From a virus (Duplodnaviria; Heunggongvirae; Uroviricota; Caudoviricetes), in IMG/VR virus record IMGVR_UViG_3300013837_000016: a stretch of 4,161 nucleotides of DNA; one strand, given 5' to 3'. Both the position numbers and the translations under genes were made by a program. Shown piece after piece: positions 1-4,161 of this stretch. Each line of letters starts with the position of its first letter. Positions within the stretch are counted from its first letter, which is position 1. Under the pieces are notes generated by a model. The model ran no database searches. It was not told where the DNA came from and saw nothing but the letters and a program-made list of their open reading frames with translations.

Positions 1-2
1 AG

Positions 3-968
3 CCCCGTGACGAGGTTAAACCTGTACGGTTAGGGGAAATCATTACTGACTACACTGACACGCTTGACAGGCGTCTGAGGAACGGAGAAGAGTCAGATAC
101 CCTGAAGACCGGAATCGAAGAACTTGATGCCATCACCGGAGGGATGAACGCGGAAGACCTGGTGATAATCGCTGCTCGTCCTGGTATGGGGAAAACCGAA
201 CTGGCGCTGAAGATTGCCGAAGGCGTTGCAAGTCGCGTTATTCCTGGTTCTTACGTCCGGCGCGGAGTGTTGATTTTCTCGATGGAAATGAGCGCATTGC
301 AGATTGCAGAGCGAAGTATTGCCAACGCCGGGAGGATGTCGGTTAGCGTGCTGCGAAATCCTGCATCGATGGATGACGAGGGCTGGGCACGTGTTGCTAA
401 CGGCATGAGTCAGCTTGCAGATTTGGATGTATGGGTAGTCGATGCCTCGCGGTTATCGGTCGAAGAAATACGCTCAATCGCAGAACGGCACAAACAGGAA
501 AATCCAAACCTGTCACTCATCATGGCGGATTATCTTGGCCTGATTGAGAAGCCGAAAGCAGACCGCAACGACCTCGCAATTGCTCACATCTCAGGAAGCC
601 TTAAGGCGATGGCGAAAGACCTGAAAACGCCTGTTATCTCCCTGAGTCAGCTTTCGCGCGATGTTGAGAAGCGACCAAACAAACGCCCGACAAACGCAGA
701 TTTGCGTGATTCAGGAAGCATTGAACAGGACGCAGACTCAATCATCATGCTCTATCGGGAAGCAGTATATGACGAGAACAGTAGCGCCGCACCATTTGCT
801 GAAATCATTGTGACGAAAAACCGTTTTGGCTCGCTTGGTACGGTTTACCAGCGGTTCTGTAACGGACACTTTGTTGCATGTGACCAGGATGAAGCCAGAC
901 AGATTTGCACAGCATCAAATGCACCCGCTGCACGTGGCAGGCGATATGCACAAGGGGCTGACGTATGA
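3..968 (+). CDS. DnaB-family replicative DNA helicase (P22 gene 12-like), 5'-truncated at window edge
   Basis: Open frame runs from position 3 with no upstream stop to TGA at 966-968. The translation contains ...[37 protein letters not shown]..., which matches the DnaB C-terminal RecA-like domain: the TGG loop followed by a Walker A motif (AARPGMGKT). Downstream DxxG/SQLSRD-type motifs are typical of DnaB helicases. It is not lambda P-like. Confidence 0.88.
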   Translation, partial: PRDEVKPVRLGEIITDYTDTLDRRLRNGEESDTLKTGIEELDAITGGMNAEDLVIIAARPGMGKTELALKIAEGVASRVIPGSYVRRGVLIFSMEMSALQIAERSIANAGRMSVSVLRNPASMDDEGWARVANGMSQLADLDVWVVDASRLSVEEIRSIAERHKQENPNLSLIMADYLGLIEKPKADRNDLAIAHISGSLKAMAKDLKTPVISLSQLSRDVEKRPNKRPTNADLRDSGSIEQDADSIIMLYREAVYDENSSAAPFAEIIVTKNRFGSLGTVYQRFCNGHFVACDQDEARQICTASNAPAARGRRYAQGADV

Positions 969-993
969 CCATCTACATCACTGAGCTTGTAAC

Positions 994-1025
994 AGGCCTG
1001 CTGGTAATCGCAGGCCTTTTTATTT
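994..1025 (+). terminator. Rho-independent terminator, tR2-like, immediately after the helicase gene
   Basis: Perfect 8-bp inverted repeat AGGCCTGC (994-1001) / GCAGGCCT (1010-1017) with an 8-nt loop, followed directly by TTTTATTT (1018-1025). Its position between the replication genes and the nin region matches tR2 of lambdoid phages. Confidence 0.7.
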
Positions 1026-1040
1026 GGGGGAGAGTAAATC

Positions 1041-1247
1041 GTGGCTGAGTTAATTTTCTCTGCATTGAGGATTCTCGGTGCTATGTGGATGGTGTCGACG
1101 TTCATTGTGGTTGTCGGAAGTTTTGTCCGGTTGGTAGGCGAAGGTAAAGACCTGGTGGGTGTGCTTTTCGGTAGCATTTTCCTGTGGGTGATTATCGGTG
1201 TTATGCCTGTCGCTGTAGCAAAAATGGCGTGGCGTTTTGTTAGTTGA
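1041..1247 (+). CDS. small hydrophobic protein (68 aa, predicted two transmembrane helices), unknown function
   Basis: GTG start at 1041 preceded by a strong Shine-Dalgarno GGGGGAGAG (1026-1034); stop TGA at 1245-1247. The translation has two hydrophobic stretches (MWMVSTFIVVVGSFV and VLFGSIFLWVIIGVMPVAVA) separated by the charged loop GEGKD. It occupies the slot between tR2 and ninB. Confidence 0.5.
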   Translation: MAELIFSALRILGAMWMVSTFIVVVGSFVRLVGEGKDLVGVLFGSIFLWVIIGVMPVAVAKMAWRFVS

Positions 1248-1254
1248 GGTAACG

Positions 1255-1701
1255 ATGAAGCAAATATACATGCTTCGCAACGAAGCAATCAGAAACAATG
1301 TCATAGACGCAATACTCTCACTCCCCATCGACGACAAGTCACCTCACGAAGTCCACGTTAAAGAAGCCAAGCGGAGTAATCCTCAAAACCGCCTTATGTG
1401 GGCGTTATTGCAGGACGTATCGCGTCAGGTGCTTTGGCATGGAGAGAGACTTGCGCCGGAGGACTGGAAAGATCTGTTCACTGCCCTGTGGCTTAAGACC
1501 AAAAAAATGGAGCAAAGAAGTGCGCCTGGTATCGACGGTGGCGTTGTCATGCTTGGCGTGCGTACTAGCAAAATGCGAAAGGCCAACATGACTGAGCTTA
1601 TCGAAATCATGTTCTGGTTCGGCTCAGAGCGCAACGTGCGGTGGAGTGATGACTCCAGGCGAGAGTATGAATGGTCACAACGAAAAGGGAAGGCTGCATG
1701 A
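1255..1701 (+). CDS. ninB: NinB (Orf) recombination mediator protein
   Basis: ATG at 1255 with SD GAGG 6-9 nt upstream. The 148-aa product (MKQIYMLRNEAIRNN...NPQNRLMWALLQDVSRQVLWHGERL...[20 protein letters not shown]) matches lambda NinB/Orf in length and in conserved blocks (QNRxLWAxLxDVSRQVxWHG, KWSDE-like C-terminus). The six-frame ORF start at 1237 is an upstream in-frame codon lacking an SD. Confidence 0.9.
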   Translation: MKQIYMLRNEAIRNNVIDAILSLPIDDKSPHEVHVKEAKRSNPQNRLMWALLQDVSRQVLWHGERLAPEDWKDLFTALWLKTKKMEQRSAPGIDGGVVMLGVRTSKMRKANMTELIEIMFWFGSERNVRWSDDSRREYEWSQRKGKAA

Positions 1702-2225
1702 CTATCAAATCAAATACGCCATCACACGACAAGGACTGCTGGCAAACGCCGCTTTGGCTTTTTGATGCGCTGGATATTGAGTTTGGATTCTGGCTGGACT
1801 CGGCAGCGAGCGACAAAAATGCTCTGTGCGCTCACTGGCTAACTGAGGCCGACGACGCGCTAAATTCTGAGTGGATAAGCCACGGTGCAATCTGGAATAA
1901 CCCACCGTACAGCAATATCAGGCCGTGGGTGGAAAAAGCCGCTGAGCAGTGCATACAACAGCGACAGACGGTAGTTATGCTTGTGCCAGAGGATATGTCA
2001 GTCGGATGGTTCAGCAAGGCTCTGGAGAGTGTTGACGAAGTTCGCATCATCACTGATGGACGGATTAATTTTATCGAACCATCGACAGGGCTGGAGAAGA
2101 AGGGAAACAGCAAAGGCTCCATGCTGCTGATTTGGCGACCGTTCATCAGTCCTCGACGGATGTTTACTACCGTATCCAAAGCGGCATTGATGGCGATCGG
2201 GCAGGGCGTCAGGAGGGCGGCATGA
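1698..2225 (+). CDS. phage-type DNA N6-adenine methyltransferase (orphan; Dam-like phage family)
   Basis: ATG at 1698 overlaps the ninB stop (ATGA), with SD AAGGGAAGG upstream. The 175-aa product carries the catalytic motif IV NPPY (..[14 protein letters not shown]..) and an N-terminal CWQTPxxLF block typical of small phage N6-adenine methyltransferases. The six-frame ORF start at 1671 is an upstream in-frame codon. Confidence 0.75.
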   Translation: MTIKSNTPSHDKDCWQTPLWLFDALDIEFGFWLDSAASDKNALCAHWLTEADDALNSEWISHGAIWNNPPYSNIRPWVEKAAEQCIQQRQTVVMLVPEDMSVGWFSKALESVDEVRIITDGRINFIEPSTGLEKKGNSKGSMLLIWRPFISPRRMFTTVSKAALMAIGQGVRRAA

Positions 2226-2374
2226 GGCGACAGCGACGAAGTTTCACCGACATCATCTGCGAAAACTGCAAATACCTTCCAACGAAACGCTCCAGAAATA
2301 AACGCAAGCCAATCCCAAAAGAATCTGACGTAAAAACCTTCAATTACACGGCTCATCTGTGGGATATCCGGTGA
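2222..2374 (+). CDS. ninE: NinE protein
   Basis: ATG at 2222 overlaps the methyltransferase stop (ATGA), with SD AGGAGG 5 nt upstream. The 50-aa product [50 protein letters not shown] is near-identical to my recollection of lambdoid NinE. It was too short to appear as a separate ORF in the track, whose entry begins at 2132. Confidence 0.85.
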   Translation: MRRQRRSFTDIICENCKYLPTKRSRNKRKPIPKESDVKTFNYTAHLWDIR

Positions 2375-2400
2375 CTAAGACATCGTGCGAGGAAATGACA

Positions 2401-2760
2401 ATGGATTATTCACAGTTAAGTGATTTTGAAATTAACAAGCGAGTGGCAATTTGCTGTGGATTTGCTCCCGAAGATTGCGAAATCGCAAAGTTGGGAACAT
2501 CAATCGTTGGTGTTGAGTGGGATGACGAAACTGGTTATGCAATAAAAACGGTTGATTACTGTAAAAGCCCATCAGACGCAGAGCCGATTATCGTAGAGAA
2601 CAGAATTGGCATTATTCCAGCGCCAGAAAATGGATTATGGAAGGCAGCGCATAGAAAAGTTGGCAGTGATAGTACCCCATATCATATGAATCAAGATGAA
2701 AACCCACTCCGCGCTGCCATGATTGTCTTTCTCATGATGCAGGACGCCAATAATGCTTAG
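2401..2760 (+). CDS. acidic hypothetical nin-region protein (119 aa), unknown function
   Basis: ATG at 2401 with SD GAGG (2389-2392) 8 nt upstream; the ATG at 2395 abuts the SD, and the track's 2359 start overlaps ninE. Stop TAG at 2758-2760. I count 19 Asp/Glu against 10 Lys/Arg, giving a strongly acidic protein with 4 Cys. It has no lambda counterpart at this position; it may belong to a conserved phage DUF family, which I cannot confirm without a search. Confidence 0.6.
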   Translation: MDYSQLSDFEINKRVAICCGFAPEDCEIAKLGTSIVGVEWDDETGYAIKTVDYCKSPSDAEPIIVENRIGIIPAPENGLWKAAHRKVGSDSTPYHMNQDENPLRAAMIVFLMMQDANNA

Positions 2761-2929
2761 CCCATCCCAATCCCTTCAATACCAGAAAGAAAGCGTCGAG
2801 CGGGCTTTAACGTGCGCTAACTGCGGTCAGAAGCTGCATGTGCTGGAAGTTCACGTGTGCTCCGATTGCTGCGCAGAACTGATGAGCGATCCGAATAGCT
2901 CAATGTACGAGGAAGAAGACGATGGCTAA
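2753..2929 (+). CDS. ninF: NinF protein (58 aa, Cys-rich)
   Basis: Not in the ORF track (below the size cut-off). ATG at 2753 with SD AGGA 8 nt upstream; it overlaps the previous gene's stop by 8 nt. The translation [58 protein letters not shown] is near-identical to lambda NinF and contains CxxC...CxxCC. Stop TAA at 2927-2929. Confidence 0.85.
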   Translation: MLSPSQSLQYQKESVERALTCANCGQKLHVLEVHVCSDCCAELMSDPNSSMYEEEDDG

Positions 2930-3533
2930 ACCAGCGCGAAGACGATGTAAAAACGATGAATGCCGGGAATGGTTTCACCCTGCATTCGCTAATCAGTGGT
3001 GGTGCTCTCCAGAGTGTGGAACCAAAATAGCACTCGAACGACGAAGTAAAGAACGCGAAAAAGCGGAAAAAGCAGCAGAGAAGAAACGACGACGAGAGGA
3101 GCAGAAACAGAAAGATAAACTGAAGATTCGAAAACTCGCCTTAAAGCCCCGCAGTTACTGGATTAAACAAGCCCAACAAGCCGTAAACGCCTTCATCAGA
3201 GAAAGAGACCGCGACTTACCATGTATCTCGTGCGGAACGCTCACGTCTGCTCAGTGGGATGCTGGACATTACCGGACAACTGCTGCGGCACCTCAACTCC
3301 GATTTGATGAACGCAATATTCACAAGCAATGCGTGGTGTGCAACCAGCACAAAAGCGGAAATCTCGTTCCGTATCGCGTCGAACTGATTAGCCGCATCGG
3401 GCAGGAAGCAGTAGACGAAATCGAATCAAACCATAGCCGCCATCGCTGGACTGTCGAAGAGTGCAGGTCCATCAAGGCGGAGTATCAGCAGAAACTCAAA
3501 GACCTGAGAAATAGCAGAAGTGAGGCCGCATGA
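2922..3533 (+). CDS. ninG: NinG (Rap) recombination-associated structure-specific endonuclease
   Basis: ATG at 2922 overlaps the ninF 3' end by 8 nt, with SD GAGGAAGAAG upstream. The 203-aa product starts [33 protein letters not shown]..., has a lysine/glutamate-rich coiled segment and a C-terminal Cys/His cluster (CISCG...HYR...CVVCNQHK). Length and sequence match lambda NinG/Rap. Confidence 0.9.
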   Translation: MAKPARRRCKNDECREWFHPAFANQWWCSPECGTKIALERRSKEREKAEKAAEKKRRREEQKQKDKLKIRKLALKPRSYWIKQAQQAVNAFIRERDRDLPCISCGTLTSAQWDAGHYRTTAAAPQLRFDERNIHKQCVVCNQHKSGNLVPYRVELISRIGQEAVDEIESNHSRHRWTVEECRSIKAEYQQKLKDLRNSRSEAA

Positions 3534-3736
3534 CGTTCTCAGTAAAAACCATTCCAGACATGCTTGTTGAAGCATACGGAAACCAGACAGAAGTAGCACG
3601 CAGACTGAAATGTAGTCGCGGTACGGTCAGAAAATACGTTGATGATAAAGACGGGAAAATGCACGCCATAGTCAACGACGTTCTCATGGTTCATCGCGGA
3701 TGGAGTGAAAGAGATGCGCTATTACGAAAAAATTGA
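3530..3736 (+). CDS. ninH: NinH, small Fis-like DNA-binding protein
   Basis: ATG at 3530 overlaps the ninG stop (ATGA). The 68-aa product [39 protein letters not shown]... is near-identical to lambda NinH and contains a helix-turn-helix-like segment ([18 protein letters not shown]). Confidence 0.9.
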   Translation: MTFSVKTIPDMLVEAYGNQTEVARRLKCSRGTVRKYVDDKDGKMHAIVNDVLMVHRGWSERDALLRKN

Positions 3737-4161
3737 TGGCAGCAAATACCGAAATATTTGGGTAGTTGGCGATCTGCACGGATGCTACACGAACCTGATG
3801 AAAAAACTGGAGACGATAGGATTCGACACCAAAAAAGACCTGCTTATCTCGGTTGGCGATTTGGTCGATCGCGGTACAGAGAACGTCGAATGTCTGGAAT
3901 TAATCACATTCCCCTGGTTCCGAGCTGTACGTGGAAACCATGAGCAAATGATGATTGATGGCTTATCAGAGCGTGGAAACGTCAATCACTGGCTGCTTAA
4001 TGGCGGTAGTTGGGTCTTTTATTTCGATTACGCCAAAGAAACCCTGGCAAAAACCTTTGCCCACAAAGCAGAAAAACTTCCATTAACACACAAAACGGGG
4101 GGCAAAAGAAAAAAACCGCCCCTTAACAACATCCCCGGGCCGCGGGGCCCCCCCCACCCCC
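3714..4161 (+). CDS. ninI: NinI-like Ser/Thr protein phosphatase (lambda PPase family), 3'-truncated; tail from about 4087 unreliable
   Basis: ATG at 3714 with SD GGAG 8 nt upstream, overlapping ninH by 23 nt. This frame is absent from the ORF track because no stop occurs before the window end. The translation [80 protein letters not shown]... carries the metallophosphoesterase signatures GDLHG, GDLVDRG and GNHE. After about 4087 the translation becomes implausible. Confidence 0.85.
   Translation, partial: MRYYEKIDGSKYRNIWVVGDLHGCYTNLMKKLETIGFDTKKDLLISVGDLVDRGTENVECLELITFPWFRAVRGNHEQMMIDGLSERGNVNHWLLNGGSWVFYFDYAKETLAKTFAHKAEKLPLTHKTGGKRKKPPLNNIPGPRGPPHP

Noticed and set aside
144-968. ORF-track start at Met 144 for the helicase
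   Set aside because: The frame is open back to position 3, and the upstream translation ([12 protein letters not shown]) is conserved DnaB sequence immediately before the Walker A motif. The gene is therefore 5'-truncated by the window, not initiated at 144.
986-1012. Possible sigma70 promoter (TTGTAA as -35, GGTAAT as -10) upstream of the small membrane ORF
   Set aside because: The hexamers match consensus weakly and are only about 11 nt apart, far from the optimal 17. The same bases are better explained as the stem-loop of the intrinsic terminator.
845-1288. 147-aa ORF on the minus strand
   Set aside because: Fully antisense to the well-supported helicase 3' end, the terminator and the small membrane ORF. 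Its translation is low-complexity and Pro/Thr/Ser-rich, with no evident RBS context. Most likely a chance open frame.
1050-1337. 95-aa minus-strand ORF, together with other short minus-strand ORFs (1425-1634, 1607-1816, 1705-1905, 3496-3687, 3785-3985)
   Set aside because: All overlap confidently assigned + strand genes in antisense orientation. Their translations are compositionally odd, and nothing suggests a minus-strand transcription unit in this early rightward operon.
1832-2356. 174-aa ORF on the minus strand
   Set aside because: Entirely antisense to the methyltransferase and ninE genes, which have strong family-level support and translational coupling on the + strand. No recognisable motifs.
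3758-3943. 61-aa + strand ORF in an alternative frame
   Set aside because: It lies inside the ninI phosphatase gene in a different reading frame. The phosphatase frame carries the GDxHG/GDxVDRG/GNHE motifs and this frame carries nothing recognisable.
1-4161. CRISPR arrays, tRNA/rRNA genes, IS elements or terminal inverted repeats
   Set aside because: No direct repeats with regular spacing, no tRNA-like cloverleaf candidates and no transposase-like ORFs were seen. The window is fully accounted for by a contiguous phage early operon.

Overview
This window is the delayed-early rightward operon of a lambdoid (P22/lambda-like) enterobacterial phage or prophage, with every gene on the + strand: the 3' part of a DnaB-family replicative helicase, a tR2-like intrinsic terminator, then a tightly packed, translationally coupled nin region (NinB/Orf, a phage-type N6-adenine methyltransferase, NinE, an acidic hypothetical protein, NinF, NinG/Rap, NinH, and the 5' part of a NinI-like Ser/Thr phosphatase). 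Protein family names come from recalled similarity to lambda and P22 proteins and from motifs read in the translations; no database search was run. No tRNA, rRNA, CRISPR array or IS element is visible. The most interesting parts are three cargo slots where the gene content differs from canonical lambda: a small two-helix membrane protein where lambda has ren, an orphan adenine methyltransferase where lambda has ninC-ninD, and an acidic 119-aa protein inserted between ninE and ninF. The last ~75 nt are rich in G/C/A homopolymers and look like a degraded read tail, so the phosphatase 3' end should not be trusted.
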